From NCBI GenBank assembly GCA_951406725.2, contig OX597818.1, forward strand, positions 95,108,001-95,172,000: DNA of 64,000 nt. Direction: 5' to 3'. Numbering within the stretch: the stretch's first letter is position 1; each line of letters begins with the position of its first letter. Under the pieces are notes generated by a model. The model ran no database searches, was not told where the DNA came from, and saw nothing but the letters and a program-made list of their open reading frames with translations. This document shows positions 36,612 through 50,362 of this stretch, piece by piece. The stretch comes from Octopus vulgaris. Taxonomy: Eukaryota. The position numbers were made by a program, and so were the translations under genes.

Positions 36612-37461
36612 TGATGGGTAAATTGTCACCATTTTATATTTTTAATTTCGTGCATGTGCATTGTTTGTTTTTGATTTTGTCAACCACACAGTATAGTAGG
36701 ATTAGTCGGGCACTGCCAGTGGCAAAAACAGCACTATGACGCAGTTCACTCTGCCAGAAATTTGGAAACATGGTGTACTGCTCGGGATTTGTGCTGGAAG
36801 CTCCAGTACAAACATTTCAGAGTGTTTGGGTGTAAATCTGAGGACTGTGCAATTTGAGGACATATATTGAGTGTGATAAAAATCAAACATTCAATCAACA
36901 TCATGGTGCTTGGAGTGATCACTAGTGATGGCGACGTTATGTCTCCATTCATCTTCCTACAAGGCCTCAGACTCAACATAGAGGTCTACATCAAGTGCCT
37001 GGAGGAGGTAGTGCTGTCCTGGGTGAAAAGGGTGGCTTCTGGAAGACTCTAAGTCTGGCAACAAGACTCTGCACCATGCCACATAAACAAGAGTACCCAG
37101 TCATGGCTGACAGACAATTTCTGCGACCACATCACCCTTAACATTTGGCTACCTAGCTTCCCAGACTACAATCCCCTTGGTCATTATGTGTGGGGCACGG
37201 TTGAGCAAGGGACCAACAAAATCCTTGTAACACCAAAGATGAACTGAAGGCAAGGATTATGGCAACATTCACAAATTTAAACAAAGCAACCATCCAGAAG
37301 AGTTGCAGGAGATACTGAAATTGTTTGGAGGCCATGGTTGAAGCCAATGGCGATTATATTGAATAAATTTTCTCATTAGTATTTCAAGATATTTTAATGT
37401 AATTTTGGTATATGACTTTTATTTCACACTAAAAAACTGAAATTACTTTCTTGCCAACCCA

Positions 37462-37465
<4 letters not shown>
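36612..37465 (+). mobile_element. maT-type (DD37D) Tc1/mariner element, internally deleted pseudogene
   Basis: VWQQDSAPCH...WLPSFPDYNPLG(HYVW): 37 residues from D2 to the D3 position (now G); ends EANGDYIE*. Confidence 0.8.
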
Positions 37466-37501
<36 letters not shown>

Positions 37502-37779
37502 TGTATATATGTGTGTGGTATGTATATATGCATACACCAGATTGAGTCAGGCATTTTCCTAGGTTTCCACTGATGATCGTTAGCAATTTGTATCACTTTG
37601 CTATATCATTAATTTGAAACAGCTTGTCCAATTATTACTAAATTGTTTATTCTTTATTTTACAGCTTTGATAGTGAGTGATGAAAAAAATTACAATTAGG
37701 GCCATTTTACACTACCTGTGGGAAAAAAAAGAACTGAGTGCAGAGCAGTGATTAGAGGAATTAATGATGGAGGAGCCCA

Positions 37780-38792
37780 TATCATCAGATGAAAAGATGA
37801 GCATATATGAGCAGAAGACTATGCATGGATATGTTAGTAGAAAGCTCCAAGATGATAGTAACATTGATTATCAAAGCAGTTTATCATGGACTAATAGCTG
37901 GATTACTACCTTCCACTTTGAAAGGTATGCATTTGCAATCCAGGAACAGGAAATATCAACCAAGTACCTGATGCACAAAAGGGACAGAGATGCAGGAAAA
38001 GCAGTAAAATATGACAACTGATGCAGACTTTGTGGAGTTAACACCAAAGATATCACCCACATCATAAGCAGTTGTCCGAAAATGTCATCACAGTATTATC
38101 TACCAATGAGATATGGTGCTGTAGCTAGGACACTCTATAATGAAATCCATTGGAAAGAATCCCAAGGACAAAGAAATAAGAACCCACAGTATGGTAGAAT
38201 CCATAGCCATTCATAATAAAAAGGAGTACTGGTGGAATGAAGACCTCAATGAAATGTAAGCACAACAGATCTGATATAATTATTTGGGATAGAGAAGAGA
38301 AACTGTGCACAGTTGTGGAAATTATCTGCCCAGCAGATGTTAACATAAAGCTGAAGATCAGTGAAAAAGAGAACACCTATGCTAAACTATTGAGAAATCT
38401 GCAGTTACTCTATGCAGATTACAAGTTCAGGTTTATACCTGTAATTATTGGGGCCCTGGAATATGTAACACACTGCCTAAATACCAATCTTGGTTCTCAA
38501 TACCAGAAAAGAAAAAGCTAATTCAAAGACTTCAGATCCAATCCATCAGTGGAACTGTAAAAATCTGTAAAACTTTCCAGAAGTTTATCAGTTAAATATA
38601 TATGAGCATGTCTAGATATGCAACTATATGCATGAGAATACATACAAAAAGCAAAATCTGCACACATACATGCATACAGACATACATACCCTGTTGTTGA
38701 TGTTGAAATTCCAAGGAAGGAGCCTTGAATCTAGGTTAGAAATTAGCTCTTTCTCTGTTGGCAAGAAATCTTGAAATAAACTGAACAATGAC
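37780..38792 (+). mobile_element. R4/Dong-type RLE non-LTR retrotransposon, 3' part
   Basis: TMHGY, AIQEQEISTKY, CRLC...ITHIISSCPKM (CCHC), KHNRSDIIIWD..CTVVEI (PD-(D/E)xK region), IPVIIGAL; 3' end runs into (CATA)n. Confidence 0.85.
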
Positions 38793-38824
38793 ATACATAC
38801 ATACATACATACATACATAAATAC

Positions 38825-39260
38825 ATTTTTATGGCTGCCCCCTCGTCATTGAGTATGGTCATTGCACGAAGCTTAACTGTTACTGGTGCTGTGATCGAAT
38901 GTGACTTTTTAGCCCAGCTAAAAATCTACAATGTCTTGTACAGAATTGGCAACTAAAACCTTTACCAGTAATGGCCGGCTGTAGTTGTAACTGGGCTTCA
39001 TGTGCCTTTACATGTCGTTTAAGTCCTCCTGCCGAATTACACTCTCTTCCACATGACCAACAGATATGATTAGTATGGAGTGTTACACCACCACCAGTGG
39101 CCAGGTTGTCACTCATCTGTCTCGCTTTATGACTACGAAGATGACTCTTGAGTCCAGCTTTACTGAGGCAGGGTCTTGCATAGACATTGCATGTCAGCAT
39201 CAAAGGAAGACCCTTCCCATCTGGAAGTGTAACAGCGATGCCCTTCCTGACATCCCTCCT
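38825..39260 (-). mobile_element. 3' end of RTE-type LINE with three tandem C2H2-like fingers
   Basis: C..xRxCxSxAGLKSHxRxH repeated three times; short 3' UTR ending gacgagggggcagccat. Confidence 0.65.
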
Positions 39261-39899
39261 TACTTTCTCATGTGCAACTCATGCATGCATACATGCATGC
39301 ATACATACATACATACATACATTGATACATACATACATACATTGATACATACATACATACATACATACATGGAATTAAAAGGGCTGGAGCTGGAAAATGA
39401 GATAAAGATTGTAGAGAGATAAAGATGGCAAACAGAAGGGAGTTTATGTATATATATATATATAAATATATGTATAAACATATATATGGAATATGACCTG
39501 GTGTATCAAAAATTTGGATACCAAATCATAAATGTTTAAGTGAAGTTAAGTCTTTGTGAATTTCCGAACAACAAACATGTGTCTTCCACATGTAATTGTC
39601 TGACTCTCAGCACACAGTTGCAAACCAGATCACTTGCCTGGCAAGCACATCTCCAAAATATGTAACATAACATAAGAGAGAGAAAGATAGAGATGTATGT
39701 GTGTAGCCATTATATATGTATAGATGTTCATATGTATTAAGTTGGAAAAAAAGTTTAGCTGCATTTTTGACATGATTATTTTGAGGGTACTTCTTCAAAA
39801 CTTATGATAACATAAGTATTAACTTTTAAATTTTTTGTGTTTTTCTTTCTTTGCAGATTACTTTATATTATAGTGGTTAAATTCATATCTATTTTATAA

Positions 39900-40385
39900 A
39901 CATTTGTCAAACAAGGTACATGACAACAACCAAGCCACAATCATCAAGGATATGCTTGTTCAAACTGGCAAACAAATAAATCTTAATTTCCCAGACATAA
40001 TAATCAAGGATCAGAGAGAAAAAAACACCTCATTTACTCATTTACTCTTACTTGTTTCAGTCATCTGACTGCAGCCATACTTGAGCACTGCCTTTACAAT
40101 GTCTATCAGTAAGCAGGGTACCTTGGAGCACCCTGCTTACTGATAGACATTGTAATCCCTTCTGACCAAAGTGTTGTCCAAAAGGAAGTGGAAAAGTACA
40201 AAGACCTCAAAATTGAAGTGTTCAAGATATGAAGCATGACGATGAAAACGATATCAGTAATGATGAGCAATGGGTATGATAAAAAAAACATATGAGCAAA
40301 AACATAGAAGCTATACCTGAACCCTCAACTCTACACCCTAATAGCCCTGCTAGGAACCGCCCACATTTTACACAAGACACTATCA
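39900..40385 (+). pseudogene. old R4-type RLE LINE fragment
   Basis: PDIIIKDQREKK, CLLIDIVIPSD, EKYKDLKIEV readable; SINE piece inserted at ~40035-40100. Confidence 0.6.
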
Positions 40386-41595
40386 ATTCAACAATACAAC
40401 CCAGATAAAACAATCCACAAACACAAAGCATACTTTATACAGTAAATATCCAATAAAATAAACAATCACCATTGCATGTACTCCACAAGCCGGATACCCA
40501 ACAGAAGAACACAACTCGCATTACATACAGAACATACAATACAAACACTAATACAACAAAAGACTGCAATCAAACCCCACAACAAAACAAACTGATGCAA
40601 TACAATACTAAGAAGTGTTTGCATTCCCCCAACAGCAAAAGGGAACACACAATACTGCAATACAGAGGTGTAGCAGGTGATGCAGTAGAAATCTGCCTGA
40701 AACTATCAAATGTTGAATAATGATAATAATAATAATAATAATAATAATTACTCTTTCTAATTTTGCACCAGGCCAACAATTTTGATGGGAGGTGGCAAGT
40801 TGATTACATTGACCCCAGTACTTAACTGGTATTATATTTTATCAATCCTGATAGGACAAAATGCAAAGTTGAACCAGTAGGATTTGAACTCAGACTGTAA
40901 AAAGCCAAAATAATAATGCACTAATGATTCAGTTAATTTGCCATCTTAATGATAACAATAATAATGTGTTAATTGTTTATAGTGTTCCCTATGAGTTAGC
41001 TCACTCACCACTTTTCTCTTCTAATAAAAAAATATTGATTGACAGTACATTGATTATAATCTTTTACAACTCCACATTTATTACTGAAATAAGGAGCAAA
41101 GATAGAATGTGATGGTTGAAGGAGTGTATGGGTGATAGACAGTTAGGTTCACATCTGTTGTTACTAACTATTGTATTTTTTTTAGGAAAACCTGGTTATA
41201 CTTTAGACTGACCAGCTGTTTGTTCAGCTGTTGTCCACATTGGATATTTGTCCTACCATATTTTCTATCTTTGTTCTCATTAGTTTTATTTCCCCAAAAT
41301 GTCATGTTGTTTTAGCTGGTTGAGTGGTTGAATCATTGGGGTTCTGGACAATTGGACAACTAGATTGATAGACAATTGTTTGATGAAAGATAAGCCTGGG
41401 AAGCTGTTGGGTTAATGAAGTGCTTCATTAATGGATTAATGGACTGAAAGATTGATATAGTGACAGCCTGATGGAATGATGGACTGATGGACTGATATGC
41501 TGGTGGGGTAATGGTCTGATGAAGTGAGAGACTGATGGATTGAGAGACTGATGAATTGAGAGACTGGTGGATTGAGAGACTGATGGTGTGGTGGA

Positions 41596-42168
41596 TTAAC
41601 ATTTTAGCATTTAAATTGACAATATTCGGCCCAAATATTTAACCTGCTTATGTTCAAACTAGCCAGATGTGGCCTTTTACACCAACCCTATAATATCATT
41701 TTAAAAATAAATAGTTACCTCATCAGAATCTCAAAGCTACAAAATAATGCATGATTAATTCAAAACAAAGCAGATAAATAAGCATTGCTTTTGACAGAGT
41801 GAAGGTGCATGGCTTAGTGGTTAGGGTATTTGGTTAACAATCGTAAGGTTATGGGTTCAATTCCCAGCGATGCACTGTTTCTTTGAGCAAGACACTTTAT
41901 TTCACATTGCTCTGATCTATCACTCAGCTGACAAAAATGAGATGTACCTGTATTTTAAAGGGCCAGCCTTGTCACACTCTGAGTCATGCTGAATCTCTCT
42001 TAGAACTATGTTAAGGGTACATGTGTCTATGGAGTGCTCAGCCACTTGCACATTAATTTCAAGGACAGGCTGCTCTGTTGATCAGATCAACTAGAACTCT
42101 TGTTGTCATAACTGACAGAGTGCCAGTAGTATACTTTTGATAGAATAATATGAATGCTAAAGGGTTAA
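41596..42168. mobile_element. TTAA-flanked piggyBac-like MITE with nested SINE D (41803-42125)
   Basis: ttaa-cattttagcattta ... tgaatgctaaaggg-ttaa. Confidence 0.55.
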
Positions 42169-43121
42169 AGCAATGGCAGTCTGGCAGACATACTGGTTTC
42201 AAATTTTGGAACAAGGTCAGCAAGCTTGTGGGAGGGAGTAAGTTCCTTAAATCAACTCCAGTGTTCAACTGGTACTTATTTTATCGACTCTGAAAGGATG
42301 AAAGGCAAAGTCAACCTTGATGGAATTTGAACTAAGCATTTTTGTCCAGCACAGTGACTGCTAGATCAATGGCCAGATGTGTGATTGGTTATTTCTCTGT
42401 TACTAAAATAGACAACTCTTTCTTCTGTTGAGTCCACCAAAATCAAGGGATGCATTGTATCCTTGAGCAAGGTCCTTTATTTTTCACTACCCCTGTCCAC
42501 TCAGCTGAAAATTAGAACCAGCAGCCGCAGCTGCTTAAGTTAACCATTTGAGGGACTGATATCCCTATCAAAGATAGGAATAGCAACTGCCCATCACCCT
42601 ATTTTCCACAATAGAAAGGCCATTACGACAGCCTGAGTTGCCCAATTTGCCTCAACTTGTTTAGCCCCAGATTAGCCTTGATTTAGCAGACCTATAATCA
42701 AAAACATTCCAGTTGTGACAACCTCTCTTTTTCTAAGCACACAGAATGACATCATCTAAAGTATTTTTTAAGACAATATGGCTTGACTTGTAGGATATTT
42801 GGCTGTTTTTAGAAGCTTCTTTGTTGGTTGAGGAATACAAGGGGGTACTGAAAATTCCTGCTGATCTTCCTTAAACAACCTTGCCTGGACTTGTACCTGG
42901 ATGAGGGTAACTTTCTAGGTGCAATCCTACAGTCAGTCATGACCGAAGGGGGTCTCAGCAATATATATATATACAACAAAAATTTAGATTCAGACCAATA
43001 TGGTACTTAATTTGAGGCACTAGAATTTAGTACGGTATTATCCATACAATTTCAAAATAAGGTGATTAAAATCAAAATAAGCAACAAGGATATCCAGAGG
43101 ATATCCTTGTAGCTTATTTTG

Positions 43122-43154
<33 letters not shown>

Positions 43155-43802
43155 GATACAGATAGATAGATAGCTTTATATACATATAGAAAAAGAGGGA
43201 TGGGGAAGAAGTAAATAAATAGGCATGTCTATTTACTTCTTATGCACATATGTGTATGCTTGTATATATAAATACATATACAAATATACACATACACATG
43301 TACATATTTGTTAGAACATTTATGAACCCAGCGAAGGAGATGAAAGAGATTATTGACACACCCATATTGAGGTTGGGTGGTTCCTATTTAAAAGGGCAAA
43401 CAGCTATAAATGCCTTTGTGTATGTGTGCGACATATGTTTTTCAGTGAATACCATGAACCATTCAACAGTTGGGCCATTTACAGAAAAGATTAATTTCTT
43501 GTAGTGTCAATGCTAATATGGGGACCACTAGGCATAGTACACCCTGCAACCAAATCCTACATATGACACTGTACAGTCTGAAAAAGCGAATGAGATACAT
43601 GTATCTAAGATAGTGGATATAGTACCCCTTAAACAAAGGTAGGATGATCACAGCTTGAACATTATTGATTGGAATAAGTTTGTTCAATCTAGGATGAGCA
43701 ACGCACTTGCTCACGGTGCCATGTAGTGTCTAAACCCAAAATCAAATGGTTGGGAAGAACACTTTTTAACCATACAGCCACATCTGAATCTTTTCTTTTT
43801 AA

Positions 43803-43833
<31 letters not shown>

Positions 43834-43835
43834 TA

Positions 43836-44178
43836 TACAACTTATAAACAATGGGTATGAGTAAGTATTTCATTTATATCTTACATATTTATCGCTGATG
43901 AGGAGAAAATTCTTATGAATTAGCTCTGAAATTGGGACCGATATGGTAATAATGGAATTTTATAGAAATTTCTGTTGGCTTGTTTCGAGATGCGTGATTT
44001 ATAGTGATAAATTATATGGTTATTGACAAATTGTCTATTTTCGGCATATTTGGCATTAGAAATTTTTCTTTTGCCCTTGTTTATAAGTTGTTTATAAATT
44101 TAACCTTTAAAGGTATTTTTTAATATACTGGCCATTAATAAAATTTTTTTGCGAAAAAGTTTTATCCTATATTAGATA
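43836..44178 (+). mobile_element. non-coding fold-back element in (TA)n with hammerhead remnant
   Basis: acaacttataaacaa / ttgtttataagttgt arms; ttttatcct end. Confidence 0.6.
43890..43943 (+). ncRNA. degenerate hammerhead ribozyme motif
   Basis: UAUCG-CUGAUGA-GGAG..CUCU-GAAA-UUGGG-aC-CGAUA; perfect 5-bp stem I, cleavage triplet mutated. Confidence 0.6.
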
Positions 44179-44409
44179 TATATATATATATATATATGGA
44201 AGAGGAATATATAATAAATATATATATATATATATATATACACACAAATTCACCCACCTCCAACAATAAAATGTAGTCACCATATTTCATTCTATAATGG
44301 CGACCTCTAACTAACACTCAGACGAACACTGTTGAACACCTAGTGTGAAAACAATTGGTAAGATTGACCATAAAGGATATATAATATTATGCACTTCGAT
44401 TAATATATT

Positions 44410-44715
44410 GTTGTTGTTTGTTGCTTCTCGAGCCACGCCTGGCTCATAGGGCCAGTTTCCTGGTTTCCTTGGCATATAGGTTTCCCATCTGGATGGGACG
44501 CCAGTCCGTCATAGGTGAGCTGCAAGATGCAGGAGGAAAGTGTGAGAGAAAGTTGTGGTAAAAGAGTCAGCAGAAGTTCACCATTGCATTCTGCTGGAGC
44601 CACATGGAGCTTAGTTGTTTCACTCATAAACACATACATCATCTGGTCTTAGATTTGAACCCGTCATCCTTCGACTATGAGTCCGCTGCTCTAACCACTA
44701 GGCCATGTGCCTCCA
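44410..44715 (-). mobile_element. tRNA-derived SINE with family D 3' tail but different body
   Basis: minus strand tggcctagtggttagagc (A box), gggttcaaatc (B box); gacggactggcgtcccatcca...gaaac tail; (CAA)n end. Confidence 0.8.
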
Positions 44716-45702
44716 CTCGATTAATATATACATATATATATATAAATATATACATGTACATATATACATGTATAGTTTATAGGTCCAATATAAGTAGAAT
44801 AAAAACAAGTACTCCATCCAGTGAGAGATAAATAGCAATTTTATGCATATGGCAAAAGAGCTTTTATGAAACTTTAATGATACTGCACAAAATAGACCAT
44901 GTATCTCCAAGTAATCTTTCAGACTCCATTTATGTATTAGATATATTTTAAAAAACAAAGATGCAGGGAAATGAGAAAATAGGAAAAAAGTAACAAGAAA
45001 AATCCAAAGAAGGTAGATGCAAAAAATGGAATGAGAAGAAAGAAATGAAAGCCAAAAACCAAGATCCCCATCCTCCCTGATTGCAGAAACTACATTAAAT
45101 ACAGCTCGTATAGAACAAAATAACAGAAAATATGTCAACGTCTGCAAGACAACAACTCAATCCTAAATGGGTGGTGTCCTCCAGTTCAACAAAAGAAAAC
45201 CATAACAGCTTGAAAACTATTGATTGGTATAAGTTTGTTCGATCTAGGATCAGCTGGGGATGTACAAATTCTTGTAGAGTATACTAGAACTGTTGTTTAA
45301 CATTTAATTTCTGTCTTACAAATTCACTCATGAGGCTTTGGTCAGCACAGGGCAGACCAATGCAATGCACTCCTACATAGTTTCTGTCTACCCAAATTCA
45401 TTCAAGGCATCAGCTGGTCTGGGATTATAGTAGAGATCACTTGCCTAAGGTGCCATGCGGTGAGACTAGCCTGAAATTAAGTGGTTGGGAAGCAAATTTC
45501 TTAACTATACAGCTATGCCTGCACCTAGCCATGCCTGCATCAATTTATATATTAATTTAATCAGTTTAAGCATCAGTCCATATAAAACTGATAAACCATG
45601 ACTAACTGAGAAAGGTAAATAATAACCCCTTGCGTATTAGAAGAAATAAAAATATTAAGAAACATTAAGAAATAAAAATTAAAACATTAAGAAAGAAGGG
45701 AA

Positions 45703-46118
45703 AGGCAGCGATCTGGCAGAAACATTAGCACACCGGGCGAAATGCGTAGACATATTTCGTCTGCCGTTATGTTGTGAGTTCAAATTCTGCCGAGGTCGAC
45801 TTTGCCTTTCATCCTTTCGGGGTCAATTAAATAAGTACCAGTTATGCATTGGGGTCGATATAATCGACTAAATGCGGTTGTCTGTCCTTGTTTGTCCCTT
45901 CTGTGTTTAGCCCCTTGTGGGTAGTAAAGAAATAGGTATTTCGTCTGCTGTTAATTTCTGAGTTCAAATTCCGCCAAGGTCGACTTTGCCTTTCATCCTT
46001 TCAGGGTTGATTAAATAAGTACCAGTTACACACTGGGGTCGATATAATCGACTTAATCCGTTTGTCTGTCTTTGTTTGTCCCCTCTATGTTTAGCCCCTT
46101 GTGGGAAATAAAGAAATA
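45703..46118 (+). mobile_element. tandem dimer of SINE family A
   Basis: two consecutive cores (45755-45930 and 45937-46115); flanking duplication taagaaagaagg. Confidence 0.85.
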
Positions 46119-46384
46119 AGAAAGAAGGAGAAAGGTGCAGAGAAAATATAGTTAAATGTTTCTACTGTTAAATCTTTTTGTGGCCTCCATGAATTGGAAG
46201 ACGTTAGGTTTCGATAGCTTTACATTATCAACAGGATTCTGGTTGCCTACCACCTTCTTAGCCCAACCATCTGTGACACACATATAACAAAGACAATAAA
46301 TGTTTGAGGACTCAACAGAGGAGTTATTGTGTAAGTCACACAACTAGCTCAAACTGTTATAAGCATGCGTACACACACATGCAT

Positions 46385-46426
<42 letters not shown>

Positions 46427-47016
46427 CTTTTGTCTTTTATCTTTTAATTGTTTCAGTCATCAGATTGTAAACAAGCTGGGGCACCACCTTGAAGGGTTTA
46501 GACAAACAGATTAACCCTAGCATTTTTTTTTTTTAACATCTGGTACTTATTCTATCGTTTAACATTTTTTTCTTGCTGAATCACTAAGTTACAGGGGCAT
46601 AAACAAACCAACACCAGTTGTCAAGTAGTAGTGGAGAACAAACACAGATACAGTATATATACACACACACACATACACACACACACACACATTTACCTAG
46701 ATTTGATCCCTGATGGGAAAATCTTCAGAAATCACATATACACCTTTGTCAGTAGTGAAAAATCAGATTTATAGCTATTTATAGTCTGTAAATATTGTTT
46801 TCGAACTTTGGTACAAGGCCAGCAAGTTCAGGGAAAGGTAAGTTGATTACATCAACCCCAGTACTCAACTGGTACTTATTTTATCACCCCTAAAAGGATG
46901 AAAGGCAAAATTGACTTCCTAGGCATTTGAACTCAGAAAAAAACCTGTAAATCTGTAAATCAGTAAAACACACACACATACACATATATATATCACCATA
47001 TTTTCTTATATATTGG

Positions 47017-47103
47017 CTAACTCTAATGAGCATAAGGTTACATAATCAGATTGTTACCTAACACTCCATTGTCCTCCTTGCACGAAACCGATTGGTTGGT
47101 AAG
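47017..47103 (+). ncRNA. degenerate hammerhead ribozyme motif (solo PLE pLTR piece)
   Basis: CUAACU-CUaAUGA-GCAUAAGG..CCUUGC-ac-GAAA-CC GAUU GG-UU-GGUAAG; followed by atcagtcatgatgga as at 23680. Confidence 0.55.
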
Positions 47104-47209
47104 ATCAGTCATGATGGATATATAATACTGTACATTTTGTGCTTTAGCTTCATTACTATGGCAGCAGTCCAGTTACTTACTGATCAGACCACACACACAC
47201 ACACAAATA

Positions 47210-47558
47210 TATCATCATCATCATCATCATTTAAAGTCCGTTTTCCATGAAAAGCCGGAAGGCTGCACCAGACTTCAGTCTGATCTGGCAATGTTTCTAC
47301 AGCTTGATGCCCTTCCTAATGCCAACCACTCCGAGAGTATAGTGGGTGCTTTTTATGTGCCACCAGCACAGGGGTACAAAGAGGGCTGGCATCGACCACA
47401 ATTGGATGGTGCTTTTTACATGCCACTGGCATCAGAGCCAGTCAAGGCCATGCTGGCATTGGCCACGTTCAGATGGTGCTTTTTACATGCCACCAGCACA
47501 GAAGCTAGTCAGGGCAAGTGGGCTGGCATCAACCATGTTCGGATGGTGCTTCTTATGT
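47210..47558 (-). mobile_element. RTE-associated 3' module
   Basis: homologous to 12190-12700. Confidence 0.85.
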
Positions 47559-47898
47559 ACCTCTTTTATTCTTTTATTTCTTTCAGTCTTTTGACTGTGG
47601 CCATGCTGGGGCGCCGCCTTTATTCGAACAAATCAACTCTAGAACTTATTCTTTGTAAGCCTAGTACTTATTCTATCGATCTCTTTTGTTGAACATTGGT
47701 TGTCAAGCGATATATATATATATATGCTGAATAAGTGCTATAGATAGACCATAGTTAAGGTCCAGGTTCAGTGGTTATGCGAATAAGGTGTTCAACGTTG
47801 GTCATATGTCAGCATGTGTATATAAAATATTTTTCGTAATGAGATAAAAAAAAACATCTTTTGTTATCTTAACGTTTTTACCACAATATATATATATA

Positions 47899-48770
47899 AC
47901 ACCTCCAAGACATCCGACTCGGCAATGACACTTCGGTCTCGTGCCATTTCTGCTCTACCGGTCTTGTGCCGTTTCCGCTCTACCGGTCACTCTTTGCAAC
48001 ACCTGTCTGTGTTCGGATTGTCCTTGCACAGGGGCCATCTGGACTCCTGTCTTTGCCATGAACAGGAATTAATCTTCTCTCTTCACTCCTTTGTGCCACA
48101 TGGGCTCAACTCTCCTCCACTCTTCATCTAACCCTCCTCTCCTCTCTTGCTCTGACACCTACTTCCTCTCTTCACTCCTACCCACCTTCTCCCTTCATCA
48201 TCACCCCCCTCATTACCCCACTCCTACACATTCCAACACCAGTATCCCTATACATCCCATCCCCACCCCATCCCTTACACCCCACTCCCACATACACCAC
48301 ATATAGCATCCCTACCACCACCCTCACCCCAACCCACACCCCGCCCTTGCTTCCCCCACTCTCGCCTCCCTTACACCCTAACACCACCACACCACTCCAC
48401 ACACCACCACACCACTCCACACACCACCACACCATGCACACGTCAAGGCCACCTACCCCCATCTACATGCACATACATGCTCTCTCATACACATGCACGT
48501 GCACCTTTGTTTTGGGATCCCCACTACTATATTATCTCCCATTCTTCCTAGCTCTTTTGTGTGACCACTTTGTCCAGCATTCAGCATGATAGATTGCTAG
48601 ACACTAAACCTCTTTTATTTTCTCTTCCTGTTTATTGCTATGTTCCTTTCTGTCAAAGAGCGTAGGCTCGAAACGTAAACGATTTTCTCACTTCCCAAGT
48701 GTTAAACTAATACATCTGTTTGTTGTTTTTCACATCTGCCTTCGTCTTTTTTTTTTGTAAATTCTCACTC
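47899..48770 (+). mobile_element. Penelope-like element remnant (Neptune-type GIY-YIG C-terminus plus pLTR)
   Basis: HLQDIRL..VSCHF.S.GHSLQHLSVFGL...HEQELIFSLHSFVPHGLN; hammerhead-like GAGC-GUAG-GCUC-GAAACGUA at 48645-48682. Confidence 0.75.
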
Positions 48771-48973
48771 CCTAAGTCCTTCAAAGGATTATATTTAATT
48801 TTGTTTTGAATTAATTAGGCTTGGAAACAACTTGTAGAGTTTTGTAGAGTGTTTATTGGATATATGTATCAACTTGGAATAAAGTAACGTCTACACTTGT
48901 ATTTTCCCTTTCCTTATTATAACACACACACACACATTGATATATGTCTGTGGAAGAACACTCCACTGACATA

Positions 48974-49950
48974 CAGTGGGTGGACAAAATATTGGAAACA
49001 CCTAGCATCATAGCATCATAATTTTGAAATATCTATAAAACCGTCAAAAGCTTTTTTATTCTTATGTTTTTTTATTTATTATTAGTGTTGCTTAATATGC
49101 TTTGCTAAAATTGCTGTTTCTTTTCAGATATCATCAGAAAAAGGTAATTAAAATTCATTAAAATGACAGATCTATTGAATTTTCAAAAGAAGTCACATAG
49201 TTGGTGCTCGTATGGCAGGTGCTAGCGTTATGAAAACAGCCAAAATGTTTGGTGTATCAAGAAGTACTGTCTCGAAAGTAATGACAGCCTTTGAAAAAGA
49301 GGGAAAAACCTCCTCGTTGAAACAAAACTCTAGAAGAAAACCAAACTTTCAGATAGGGACCATCGGACTTTTACACAAATTGTCAGAAAGGATCGCAAAA
49401 AGTTCAATTCCCAAAATTACTGTAGAGCTTAAACCCAGTTTCCACAAAAACTGTTCACTGGAAGCTGCACAGAGCTGGATTTCACAGGAGGGCTGCAATC
49501 AGAAAACCACTACTTTCAAAAACAAACGTTGCAAAGAAACAGTAGAAAAATGTTATTTTCTCGGACGAGTCATCCTTTATCATATTTCTGACCACTGGCC
49601 AAGTATAGATGTGGAGACAGCCAAAAGAAGCATTTGACCCAGACTGCCTTCTTCCAATTGTTAAACATGGAGGAGAATCTGTGATGATCTGGGGAGGAGG
49701 GGGACTATATCTTGGAAATCTGCCAGCCCAATGTTTTCCCTTCATGGCAGAATTAATAGTCAAGATTATTTAGGCATTTTATCTGATCAAATACATCCTA
49801 TATTTGTGGAACTGTTTCTGGAGGGAAACACAATCTTTCTGGATGATAATGCACCAATTCACACAGGTAAAGTTATTACTGAATGGCATGAGGAACATTC
49901 TAGTGAAGTTGAACATCTTATCTGGCCACCACAGTACCCAGATCTCAATA
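48974..49950 (+). mobile_element. Tc1-like transposon, degenerate and 3'-truncated
   Basis: ta-cagtgggtggacaaaatattggaaacac left TIR; GASVMKTAKMFGVSRSTVSK, FSDES, VKHGGESVMIWG, FLDDNAPIH, WPPQYPDLN. Confidence 0.88.
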
Positions 49951-50178
49951 TGAAACTCTATTGCACATGCATCTTCTGCAATGCAGATCATAAATCTTAG
50001 ATGTTAGAGGCAGCCAGTTCCTTTGCAGTAGTTAGAATATCATGCACAACATAACAATGAATCACTTCCCCTTCATAGATTGCTCACTAGCAAGAAAGCA
50101 TAGCAGACATAACACTAATGCTATCAGTTAGGATTCTTCGGTTGCCTGCAATGCAGTATTTTTTGTTGCTGTTGTTTT

Positions 50179-50362
50179 TTAACTCATTTGTTATCATATT
50201 TCTATCACAATATATTTTTTTTGTTTCAAATAATTTTGAAAATTATGAATAAATTAACAAGATGACCTCATTATGAAGCCGTTGTTGTTTGGAACCTAAT
50301 ATTTATCCCCATTTAAACTGAGAGGGGGTAAGTCTCAGATAGTTTTGTATTAAAAAGGTTAA
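50179..50362. mobile_element. TTAA-flanked MITE related to 544-923
   Basis: ttaa-ctcatttgttatca ... tgtattaaaaagg-ttaa. Confidence 0.4.
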
